Source of the DNA: Enterobacter phage EC-F2
Sequence record: MN508624.2
Length of the DNA: 64,000 nt
Strand: one strand, 5' to 3'
The notes under the pieces are model-generated. The model saw only the letters and a program-made list of their open reading frames with translations, had not been told where the DNA came from and did no database searches. The position numbers and the translations under genes were made by a program. Every line of letters starts with the position of its first letter. Within the stretch, counting starts at the first letter, position 1. This document shows positions 8,995 to 17,506 of this stretch, one piece after another.

Positions 8995-9044
8995 AATCAA
9001 GCCGTTGCCGAAAGGTAGCGGCTTTTTTCGTTTTTATGCAAAAT

Positions 9045-9109
9045 AATGCTTGCACTGAATCGTGAGTATGGTAAAGTACACACATCGAAACGAAACTGAG
9101 GATGACATT
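9045..9109 (+). promoter_or_regulatory. promoter (aaTGCTTgca box-like, then N12, then TATGGT) followed by conserved leader ACACATCGAAACGAAAC
   Basis: MotA-box-like motif 12 nt upstream of a -10-like hexamer. The leader is shared with other cassettes. Confidence 0.35.
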
Positions 9110-9406
9110 ATGAAGAAAACTTACAACATGAAAGAACTGGTTTGCTTCAACACTCGTCGTGAAGCCCGTGCGTATGTTCTGGCTGCTGGTAAGAATACCT
9201 CTGCTGTAATCGACCTGGGTACTGATAAAGCTGTTGGCGCACGTTGGGCTGCTGTTGTGGTTATCGCTGCTCCTGTGACTCCTGTTAAAACTCTGGTTCT
9301 GGGTGCGCGTAAAGCCGAAACTCTGAAAACCAGCACTTGCGGGGCGGGTGGTGTTCATAATGTTACGGTCATTCGAAAAAGATCTTTTAATCGAGTCGGT
9401 GTATGA
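9110..9406 (+). CDS. hypothetical protein (98 aa)
   Basis: ATG 9110 preceded by GAGGAtgacatt. Confidence 0.5.
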   Translation: MKKTYNMKELVCFNTRREARAYVLAAGKNTSAVIDLGTDKAVGARWAAVVVIAAPVTPVKTLVLGARKAETLKTSTCGAGGVHNVTVIRKRSFNRVGV

Positions 9407-9496
9407 AGGTATACGGGGAAAACAGAAAGAACAATCTCCGAAGAGATTGATGTAATCAATGAATTTCTATGTAGACCATACGTTAAGAGAGTTATT

Positions 9497-9937
9497 ATGA
9501 ATATTGGTAGTGGTGATTCATACCCATCATGCGCATTGAGCAACTTCGCCCCGCATCCGTTTACGTTTGACGGGGTAGAATGTGCATCAATGGAGGGCTT
9601 TTTACAAAGTCTGAAATTCAGCAATCCAGATATGCAAGCGCATGTGTGTACGCTGGTTGGTAAAGCCGCCAAGTTCAAAGGCAAGAAAAAGAAATGGTAT
9701 CGCGATCAGACCCTATACTGGAAGGGTATGCCGATTCACCGTGAATCAGAAGCGTATCAAATCCTGATTGAAAACGCGTACAATGCTCTTTTCCTGAATG
9801 ACGGTTTCCGCCGTGCGCTGGCTGCAACCGGAAAAAGTACCTTGACTCATTCAATGGGAAAGAATAAGATGAATGAAACTGTGCTCACTGAACGTGAGTT
9901 TGTCCGAAATTTAACCCGATTGAGAGATCTGTTATGA
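9497..9937 (+). CDS. NADAR (YbiA/DUF1768-like) domain protein
   Basis: LSNFAPHPFTFDGVECASMEGFLQSLKF aligns with the YbiA FSNFAAWPIKVDGKTWPTSEHYFQAQKF core. Confidence 0.6.
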   Translation: MNIGSGDSYPSCALSNFAPHPFTFDGVECASMEGFLQSLKFSNPDMQAHVCTLVGKAAKFKGKKKKWYRDQTLYWKGMPIHRESEAYQILIENAYNALFLNDGFRRALAATGKSTLTHSMGKNKMNETVLTEREFVRNLTRLRDLL

Positions 9938-10212
9938 TAGGTTATAAAGATTATGATGAAAGAGTAGAATGCGCGTTCCTGTTCAAAGGCGCGATCAATC
10001 CGCTGGCATTACTCCACGCGCAGGGCGCTTTGAGTTCTACCCTGATTATGGGTGTTATCTACAAAGCGGGTGTGTATTACGTTACCATCGGCGCGAACAA
10101 CATCAACGTGATCAACAGCTATGTTGAAAAATGCAAGCTGAGAGATATCGTATTCGATAAAATCGAAATGGATGTTCCGGGTTTCGACGCTGTTTATATG
10201 TACAAGGGCTGA
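9934..10212 (+). CDS. hypothetical protein (92 aa)
   Basis: Coupled ORF. Confidence 0.45.
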   Translation: MIGYKDYDERVECAFLFKGAINPLALLHAQGALSSTLIMGVIYKAGVYYVTIGANNINVINSYVEKCKLRDIVFDKIEMDVPGFDAVYMYKG

Positions 10213-10214
10213 TA

Positions 10215-10436
10215 ATGGGTTACGTAATTTATTTCGATTGTTCGGATCTTGATCCGTTCGTTCTGCAACAGGCAAAGAAATATCATCAAGATATCATTGG
10301 TATCAGTGTCACGAACGATGATATGTTGTGCATCGAATTTGATTATTATCGTACATTTGAGCGTGACAAATTCCTTGCGGATATTGAAGCGTTTAAAAGT
10401 ACCCTTTTCTTTGATCGTTATGAGGTTAAATCTTGA
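10215..10436 (+). CDS. hypothetical protein (73 aa)
   Basis: Coupled ORF. Confidence 0.45.
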   Translation: MGYVIYFDCSDLDPFVLQQAKKYHQDIIGISVTNDDMLCIEFDYYRTFERDKFLADIEAFKSTLFFDRYEVKS

Positions 10437-11050
10437 AACCAGTTATTCTTACCGACATTGACGGGATCGCCGTAAAATGGCAGTCGGGGTTGCCGTTCTT
10501 TTTGTCTAAACACAACATGCCGACCGATATCGCGCTGGATATGGTTACGGATGAAAAGTTCCGCGATATGACCGAAATCTTCGGGTGTGATCACCAACTG
10601 GCGAAAATTCTCATGGAAGAATACAACAACAGTTCGTTTATTCGCTATCTAAGCGCGTATGACGATGCGTTGATTGTGATCAACCGCCTGAAAGCCCAAT
10701 ATGATTTCGTGGCTGTCACGGCGCTGGGAACCACTCCTACGGCAAGCCTTAACCGTATTGCGAACCTGAACACGCTGTTCCCTTCTGCATTCAAAGAAGT
10801 GATGGTTGTCGGGCATGGTGAAACCAAAGTACACCGCTACCTGGAAGCGAAAGCCAAATATGGCAATCGTCTGGTTTGCTTCGTTGATGATCTTGCGGTA
10901 AACTTAAACGAATGTCATAACGTCATCAGTCAGTTGCCGTTATTCCATATGTTGCGTGGTGAACGTGAAACCCCGTGGTCGCCTCACCAGTCAGTTAAAT
11001 CATGGTTTGAAATCGAAGAGAAATTACATGATCTTACAGATTCTAAATGA
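10433..11050 (+). CDS. HAD-superfamily hydrolase/phosphatase-like protein
   Basis: N-terminal ILTDIDGI (DxDG motif I of the HAD family). Confidence 0.45.
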   Translation: MKPVILTDIDGIAVKWQSGLPFFLSKHNMPTDIALDMVTDEKFRDMTEIFGCDHQLAKILMEEYNNSSFIRYLSAYDDALIVINRLKAQYDFVAVTALGTTPTASLNRIANLNTLFPSAFKEVMVVGHGETKVHRYLEAKAKYGNRLVCFVDDLAVNLNECHNVISQLPLFHMLRGERETPWSPHQSVKSWFEIEEKLHDLTDSK

Positions 11051-12551
11051 ACTCGCTTCGACTCTGAAAATTTCAGAGAAGGAAGCGATCCTGAAACGTA
11101 ATGCAGGTAATGATCTGCTAAAAGAGATTTTCCGCATTACGTACACGAAACAGATTATGTTTCACATTAAGAAGTTTCCGCAGGTGGACGGTAAGCCAGG
11201 CACAACCCCGCTATCGAATGCTATCGCGGATTTGATGTCTGATTTGGCAACGCGAAAATATACGGGCAATGCAGCCCGTGATCGTCTGCTGGATATCGTA
11301 TCATCGGTGAATGAGAATGATCGCGAAGTGCTTCGCCGTATCATTAACCGCGATCTGGAATGTGGTGCTGGTACAACGTTACCAAACCGCGTATGGAAGA
11401 AACTCATTCCAGAACAGCCTCAGTGCCTCGCTACGCCGTTTAGCGAAAAAGCATTAAAACGTATTCGCTTCCCTGCTTACTCGCAGCTTAAAGCCGATGG
11501 TGCGCGTTGTATGTCCGATCTGTTAGAGAATCAGATCCGCAAAGCAACCCGCGCGGGAAATGAGTATGAAGGTTTGGTGAATCTGGACAAGGATCTGAAA
11601 AAGATTCGTGAATATCTGGGTTATGATGTTGTACTTGATGGAGAACTGATTTATGTCCCTGCTGAAAAAACTGCTGTCGTTCCTTCAAACAGCGTTCCAT
11701 TTAGTCTTGCTGGGTTTATGGGCGATGACGACGATTCTGTTTCTGACCTTGTGGCAGATGTTAGGCGGGAAGCTACCGAGAACGAGACACAAGCGGAAGC
11801 GAAACGCGAAGAGGGCAACGGGATTGTAAACAAATCCCTGAAAGGCACTATCAGCGACGAAGAACAGCGCAATATCGTTTATGTTGTCTGGGATATCGTA
11901 CCGTATGAAGTGTACTATGGTGATGCTCCGAGTGTTCAACCATATTGCGATCGCTTTAGCATCCTGGAAGGTGCGCTGGCTGGCTCTGGTGTAACATCGG
12001 TTAAGCTGATCCCTTCTATCCTGGTGCAGAACTACGCGGAAGCGAAAAAGGATTACAACAATTACCGCAATGACGGTAAAGAGGGTTCAATCCTGAAAAA
12101 CGTTGATTTCAAATGGAAGGATTCACGCGTTGCGGATCAGGTGAAGTTGAAGAACAAAACACCGATCGAACTGCGAATCATTGACGTGTACGAACACACC
12201 AAAGAACCTCATAAGGTTGGCGGGTTCGTGGTTGAGGACTTATCAGGAGAAGCCAGAACAAACACAGGTTCCGGTCTGACTGATACGGATTACCGATACG
12301 ATGAAGACGGTATTAACCGCGTGTACATCCCGTTAGAAGAACGTGGTGAACTGGATCGCGAATACATTATGGCGAACAAAGATGACTATATCGGCGCTAT
12401 CGTCGAAATGGAAGTTGACGGACTCCAGAAATCGAAAACGCGTAAGAAGGGCGAACCTGAGTTCAGTTTCTTCCTGCCAATCATCAAGAAGATTCGACGC
12501 GATAAGACCGAACCGGATGACATTCACGTTATCTTCGCTGATCTGTTTTAA
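11028..12551 (+). CDS. 30: ATP-dependent DNA ligase (T4 gp30)
   Basis: Co-linear with T4 ligase (MILQILNEL, YSQLKADGARC adenylation lysine motif, SNSVPF..NKSLKGTISDEE, C-terminal EGSILKN). Confidence 0.9.
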   Translation: MILQILNELASTLKISEKEAILKRNAGNDLLKEIFRITYTKQIMFHIKKFPQVDGKPGTTPLSNAIADLMSDLATRKYTGNAARDRLLDIVSSVNENDREVLRRIINRDLECGAGTTLPNRVWKKLIPEQPQCLATPFSEKALKRIRFPAYSQLKADGARCMSDLLENQIRKATRAGNEYEGLVNLDKDLKKIREYLGYDVVLDGELIYVPAEKTAVVPSNSVPFSLAGFMGDDDDSVSDLVADVRREATENETQAEAKREEGNGIVNKSLKGTISDEEQRNIVYVVWDIVPYEVYYGDAPSVQPYCDRFSILEGALAGSGVTSVKLIPSILVQNYAEAKKDYNNYRNDGKEGSILKNVDFKWKDSRVADQVKLKNKTPIELRIIDVYEHTKEPHKVGGFVVEDLSGEARTNTGSGLTDTDYRYDEDGINRVYIPLEERGELDREYIMANKDDYIGAIVEMEVDGLQKSKTRKKGEPEFSFFLPIIKKIRRDKTEPDDIHVIFADLF

Positions 12552-12570
12552 ATAGCACTTTTTGCTAAAG

Positions 12571-12643
12571 AAGCCCCTTGCATATGTGAGGGGCTTTTTG
12601 TATATTACACACATCGAAACGAAACAGACAAAAGGAACATCCC
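12571..12643 (+). repeat. PeSL-like cassette: terminator hairpin + TATATT + leader ACACACATCGAAACGAAACAGA + SD
   Basis: Hairpin agcccct-N10-aggggct + T5, then a conserved element seen at least 7 times in the window. Confidence 0.6.
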
Positions 12644-12916
12644 ATGCAAATCACTAAAGAACTCGAAGGCAAAGTAATCGTTCTGGTAAATGAAGACCGT
12701 TTGGCACAACTGGGTAACGGTGGTGAAAAACTGCCAGCGGACGCACTCGAAAGCCTTTCTAAAATGCGCGTGATGCGCGTTACTGACGGTTGGGTTACTT
12801 GTCTGCCTCTGAACGACGAAGACAAAGCCGTATACGATGCACAAGCGGATTCATGGGATATCGAAGTACCTCTGGTAAACATCGAAGTTGAAGAGTGCTA
12901 CGAAATCGAAAAATAA
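12644..12916 (+). CDS. hypothetical protein (90 aa)
   Basis: First ORF after the cassette. Confidence 0.5.
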   Translation: MQITKELEGKVIVLVNEDRLAQLGNGGEKLPADALESLSKMRVMRVTDGWVTCLPLNDEDKAVYDAQADSWDIEVPLVNIEVEECYEIEK

Positions 12917-12968
12917 TGCTTGCTTACTGGGTAATGTAGTGGTACATTACCCATATCGAAACGAAAGG
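12905..12968 (+). promoter_or_regulatory. promoter (aaTGCTTgct box-like) + variant leader CATATCGAAACGAAAGGAG
   Basis: Same architecture as 9045-9109. Confidence 0.35.
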
Positions 12969-13157
12969 AGAAACATCATGAAAATTATACACACTGCAAA
13001 TCAACTTCAAAACGGCAACTACGCTATCCACGATGCTATCGGTGCGCTGGTTGGGGTTTATCTTCATGGTATCAAACTCCTTGAAGTAAGTGGGAATACC
13101 TTTTATGGTGTTGAAAACATCGAAGCAGCGATGGAAATTATCGGTGACCTGAAATGA
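12969..13157 (+). CDS. hypothetical protein (63 aa)
   Basis: ATG 12969 after SD aaaggag. Confidence 0.5.
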   Translation, partial: RNIMKIIHTANQLQNGNYAIHDAIGALVGVYLHGIKLLEVSGNTFYGVENIEAAMEIIGDLK

Positions 13158-13345
13158 GTAAGAAACTCGAAATATTCGAAACTATCAGCGAAGACCCGAA
13201 TCTTCGCTGGTGCTGTGCGAAAACTGGGTTTGATGCTGCATGGGGTGATACTCCAGAACAGGCGCGTAAAAACTGGGAACACCAACAATTGTTTTTTGCC
13301 TGTCGGGTTCCTACCAATTATGAGGGGAGTCAATTGTTAGCATGA
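13154..13345 (+). CDS. hypothetical protein (63 aa)
   Basis: Coupled ORF. Confidence 0.45.
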   Translation: MSKKLEIFETISEDPNLRWCCAKTGFDAAWGDTPEQARKNWEHQQLFFACRVPTNYEGSQLLA

Positions 13346-13632
13346 AAAATAAAGAATATGACCCAATAGAAGTTAAAGAGCGGTTATCGGTAGCAAGAAG
13401 ATTCCTTGAATCTATCGACCCTGATAAACTTGGAAAATGCCCTGATACGATTTGCCTTAATTGTGGGCGATCCGTAATGGTTGGAAAGTGCTGTGATAAT
13501 CAGAATATCGTTATCATGGACAGGAAAGAAGTTTCACCGGAAGTGTGGGATCAGATTCAAGAGATCATCAAAAACCCACCTGAACCGACGAAACGTTTAC
13601 GCGAACTTATGAGCAGGAAAACCACGTTATGA
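13342..13632 (+). CDS. hypothetical Cys-rich (CxxC...CC) small protein
   Basis: CPDTICLNCGR...GKCC. Confidence 0.45.
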   Translation: MKNKEYDPIEVKERLSVARRFLESIDPDKLGKCPDTICLNCGRSVMVGKCCDNQNIVIMDRKEVSPEVWDQIQEIIKNPPEPTKRLRELMSRKTTL

Positions 13633-14003
13633 AAAATGAACCAAGTAAGACTGTGCGCCTTATCCGTTGGGAAGGACAAGAAATCCGTTATGAAGATCAG
13701 GATCGTGAATTCGTCCATGAAATGCTTGCGCATAATCTGGGATTCAAAAACGCCGCACTGGTGATGATGCAGCAAACCAGTGATGAAGACACCTGGCAAT
13801 GCGTCATTCTCGATCTGGACAAAAACAAGGATTACACCGAAGATGAACTGTTTGCGCTCACAGAGAACGCTACAGCGCGTCAGAAGTGCTTCATGATTGA
13901 TATGCCTCGCGAGAACTACGAGAATATCAAGAAAGCCCGTAAACAGAACAAGAACAACGTGTTCGACCTGTTCATGGGCTATCATGAAGAAACTACGGCC
14001 TAA
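13629..14003 (+). CDS. hypothetical protein (124 aa)
   Basis: Coupled ORF. Confidence 0.5.
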   Translation: MKNEPSKTVRLIRWEGQEIRYEDQDREFVHEMLAHNLGFKNAALVMMQQTSDEDTWQCVILDLDKNKDYTEDELFALTENATARQKCFMIDMPRENYENIKKARKQNKNNVFDLFMGYHEETTA

Positions 14004-15103
14004 GCCTCACTGGTTTTGCTGGTGTCGTTAGTAGCCGCTGCCACCTGTACACATTCTAATGTTTGCAGGTGGAAATCTTTTGATACGTCGCGGATACATT
14101 CAACGATCAGATACTTCCCTGAATATTCATCCCCTAACACCTCAATCAATGCCCCCACTTTAACATCCATTCGACCCTGATTGATATCAAACCGAATACG
14201 TTTTTCATAACTGGATAACGTCCGACACTTCACAGCCTGGAACGGTTGACCCTGTTTGTCTGGGTTCTGGAAGTTGTTCTCATATACCGCGTTCCTGTTC
14301 ATGGTGATCCATGCGTTTTCAATATCGGTACTCGCAAGGATATCACTGTACAGTTTTTTATCCGTCATCGAGAAACTAAAGAAACTTGCATCCCCTAACA
14401 GGGTAGTGTTATCCTTATGGGTAATGTATTCTGCTTTAGTGAATACCAAAGCGTCACCTAAAAACGGGTTACTTACGTTGAACTTGTAAGCCTTTAACGG
14501 GGTTTGTGCGAGGATCTCCGTATTGCTTTTCATAAAGATACCGGAACCATCTTCCCACAGATAACAGAAGTCAGACGAATCTACGCTCTGCCCGTTGTCA
14601 CGGATGTAATCAAACATGGTTTCATACGTCCCGCTCAGGCAAGCCGGAGGAATACGCACGTTTGATGCGTCGATAGGCGGCGTGATCAACTTCATATCAT
14701 TATACAGTGCCGTCATGCACTCTGTAATCGTCTGTACGGCGTTGTTACTGAACGAACGGGAAAACTTACGACGAAACACCGTATGCACCGGAGAAAGGTT
14801 TAGGCGCAGTATAGAGCGGTTCATATCATCGGTTTCGACGTTTGAATACAGAACACCGTAGTAATGCTGTTCTAACGTCTGGTTATACTGGAACGACACC
14901 TGGATAATCGGTTTCTCTGTCAACTGATAAATTAACTGGTTATCGTAGATCTGCATCAACGTTTCAGAAGTACCGTTGATGATGGTCTTCTCGCTCATTG
15001 AGACAAGGGCAGGTAACAATTCAAGATAGACGTTATCAGCGAACTTTTCATATGTTGGATATAATTTAACCGACACGACGCGGTTTATAACTTTACTGGA
15101 CAT
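14000..15103 (-). CDS. 27: baseplate hub subunit gp27-like
   Basis: 367 aa. Patchy alignment to the T4 gp27 C-terminal half. Divergent from gp28 across a late-promoter-like spacer. Confidence 0.55.
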   Translation of the reverse strand: MSSKVINRVVSVKLYPTYEKFADNVYLELLPALVSMSEKTIINGTSETLMQIYDNQLIYQLTEKPIIQVSFQYNQTLEQHYYGVLYSNVETDDMNRSILRLNLSPVHTVFRRKFSRSFSNNAVQTITECMTALYNDMKLITPPIDASNVRIPPACLSGTYETMFDYIRDNGQSVDSSDFCYLWEDGSGIFMKSNTEILAQTPLKAYKFNVSNPFLGDALVFTKAEYITHKDNTTLLGDASFFSFSMTDKKLYSDILASTDIENAWITMNRNAVYENNFQNPDKQGQPFQAVKCRTLSSYEKRIRFDINQGRMDVKVGALIEVLGDEYSGKYLIVECIRDVSKDFHLQTLECVQVAAATNDTSKTSEA

Positions 15104-15165
15104 TAGACATCCTCCCTTTATATTCTATTTACTAAATAGTAAATATCGGGATACTTGAGGCGATC

Positions 15166-15744
15166 ATGAAAGAGAAGAAAAACACACTTGATAAATTTAT
15201 GGTTACGCGTTTAAACATCAAGAACAGCAAAAATAAAGTAGTCACGTTGCCTACTGGTGAACAGGTTACGATCCCCCGTCTGGGCTATCGTCATTTCACC
15301 CAGATTAAAGCAATGAAAGACCCAATGCAGTTGCTTGAGTATATCATCAAAGAGATTCAACCGCGCGAATTAACCGCAGCAGAAACCGAATTCCTTTTGA
15401 TTCACCTGCATTATCATAATGACGATAAGGCAATGGCGATACTGAAAGAGATCGGTATTAATCTGGATGATATGAAAATCAGCGAAGCTAAGTATGAACA
15501 TACTTTTGATAACCTTCGATTGGTATTCAACAAACCGACCCTAATGCTGGATGATCTGGCATTACTGCTTAAAGAAGCGTATGACAACGGAAAGCAGATC
15601 GAACTGACGGACGAAAACCGTATTCAATTAATTAACTGCCTGTATCGTTATGAATATGACGATGTAAAACGTGGCGTACTCCAGGAAGTCTATATTGTGC
15701 ATGAGGGGAAAACCATTAAAGGGCTTAACATCATCGGTGAATGA
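15166..15744 (+). CDS. 28: baseplate hub distal subunit gp28-like
   Basis: Size (192 aa) and position immediately upstream of gp29. Confidence 0.5.
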   Translation: MKEKKNTLDKFMVTRLNIKNSKNKVVTLPTGEQVTIPRLGYRHFTQIKAMKDPMQLLEYIIKEIQPRELTAAETEFLLIHLHYHNDDKAMAILKEIGINLDDMKISEAKYEHTFDNLRLVFNKPTLMLDDLALLLKEAYDNGKQIELTDENRIQLINCLYRYEYDDVKRGVLQEVYIVHEGKTIKGLNIIGE

Positions 15745-17495
15745 TAATGGCTAGCAATCCATATTTTAACGAAGAACAACGTCGCCGGATGCAAAATCCA
15801 CCAAAACCACAGGCGCAACCAACTGTTCGGAAGATCCAGGCAACGTTAGATAAAGATTCGATGCGCGAGTTAAAGGATATCAATGATAACACCCTTGAAA
15901 CCGCGCTGAATACTCTGGACATCAAAGACAGTGTGAAATCCTTTGAGGATCGTTTCAAAGAGAAATTCGCTGGCTTCCAAGAACAATACGAACAGGATCA
16001 GCAACCACTTGCTGAACAGTTGCCCGATTTTGTTGGTCCATCGCGTCCACCATCACTGACAGACAACAGCACGAACAGTGTTGATAACTCCGTCAGTGTA
16101 TCGAACCAACACAACCCTTTCAGCAAGATCGAAACATACACCGGAACGATTGCGGAAGCAATCACCAAGTTCCTCGAACTCGCTGAGAAGAAACCGGAAC
16201 CGCCACCTGAACCTGAACCAGTACCGGAAGAGGAACCGGAGGTCGATCGGGACAACAAGAAGATCCGTGATAAGGATAAAGACGAGAAGAAATTCAGTAA
16301 GAAAGTATTGGCCTTACTGGGTTCAATCAAGGATAATACATCCGGTCTTCTGGCTCGCTTTATCGGGTATTCTCTCGAAGCGATAGCGAAGTTTGCCAAG
16401 TGGACTTTGATTATCGGTAGTATCGTGTTTGCTATTGAAGTTTTAGGTAAAGTCATCGCTTCATGGTTTAATGATTTGCTTAATGATGGAGAAGCATCCA
16501 AAAAGTTGTTTGGATCATATTTCAACAATATAAAAGCGTTAGCGAAAAGTATAGATGACGGATTAGATAAATTAGGTGATAAAGATGCAACATTAGCAGA
16601 AAAATTAAAAGCTCTGTTAGTAGAACCGTTTAAGATTCTGGGCAATACCATTAAAACCGCAATCACGGAAGGTATCGGTAATCTAATCTATGCTCTGGGC
16701 GAATATACCGGATCAGAAACGATTACTAACGCCGGACGCGGAATGAAAGTATCAGCACTGCGCGACAAACAAAAATACGGTCTTGACATTGATCCCGATG
16801 ACCTGATTCTGCTGAAACAACAGGAGATCCAGGATCAGAATGATAAAGTGGTTGAGGCACGTTCTAAGGTTGTCGAACAGGTTAAGGCTACTCAAGGTAC
16901 ATTCTCATATGGTTTCGGGCAACAGACGGACGCACAGAAAGCGCTATCTAAGCAATTGGAACAGATGCGCGATCGTGTGGCTATTGAAGAAAAGATCACC
17001 GAAGAGAAGAAGAAAGAACTGAAAGCATTGCAGGAAAACCCCAAACTGTTACAGGCTGAGGTTGATAAAGAGAATGCCGCTAACCGTAAGCGCGTGAACG
17101 AAACCAAACAGACCGAAACCGAGCAAGCGAAAGCGAAACCTAAAGCGGATAGTGAATTTGATCAGGGCGATGAAATTCTGAACAAAGACAATCTGACGGG
17201 CAACGATAAAAAGGTAATGGAAAAACTCATAGAATCGCTTGAAGAGAAAAACAATTCGAACAAGCTGAATGAGGACGACAAAGACCGCTATCGTGATATG
17301 ATCTCCCGCTGGCAGGAAAAGATCACCGCAGTACCGGAAACGAGTGCAAGTATTGACAAGCAACCGGAAGCAGCGAAAGCCCCTGTTCAGCCTACAACGC
17401 CTAACAGTGTTCAGGTCAATAACAAAACAGTAAACAACACGGTTCAGCATTCAGTACAACGAACTGACCGTAAACCATTGATTGCATTAGCTTAA
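15741..17495 (+). CDS. 29: baseplate hub / tail-length determinant gp29-like (584 aa)
   Basis: Size close to T4 gp29 (590 aa). Coiled-coil and PE-rich linker. Precedes gp48. Confidence 0.65.
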   Translation: MIMASNPYFNEEQRRRMQNPPKPQAQPTVRKIQATLDKDSMRELKDINDNTLETALNTLDIKDSVKSFEDRFKEKFAGFQEQYEQDQQPLAEQLPDFVGPSRPPSLTDNSTNSVDNSVSVSNQHNPFSKIETYTGTIAEAITKFLELAEKKPEPPPEPEPVPEEEPEVDRDNKKIRDKDKDEKKFSKKVLALLGSIKDNTSGLLARFIGYSLEAIAKFAKWTLIIGSIVFAIEVLGKVIASWFNDLLNDGEASKKLFGSYFNNIKALAKSIDDGLDKLGDKDATLAEKLKALLVEPFKILGNTIKTAITEGIGNLIYALGEYTGSETITNAGRGMKVSALRDKQKYGLDIDPDDLILLKQQEIQDQNDKVVEARSKVVEQVKATQGTFSYGFGQQTDAQKALSKQLEQMRDRVAIEEKITEEKKKELKALQENPKLLQAEVDKENAANRKRVNETKQTETEQAKAKPKADSEFDQGDEILNKDNLTGNDKKVMEKLIESLEEKNNSNKLNEDDKDRYRDMISRWQEKITAVPETSASIDKQPEAAKAPVQPTTPNSVQVNNKTVNNTVQHSVQRTDRKPLIALA

Positions 17496-17506
17496 AGGAA
17501 ATTTAA

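Noticed and set aside
15998-16666. 222-aa minus-strand ORF inside gp29
   Set aside because: Antisense to the low-complexity gp29 region. The repetitive composition explains the absence of stops.
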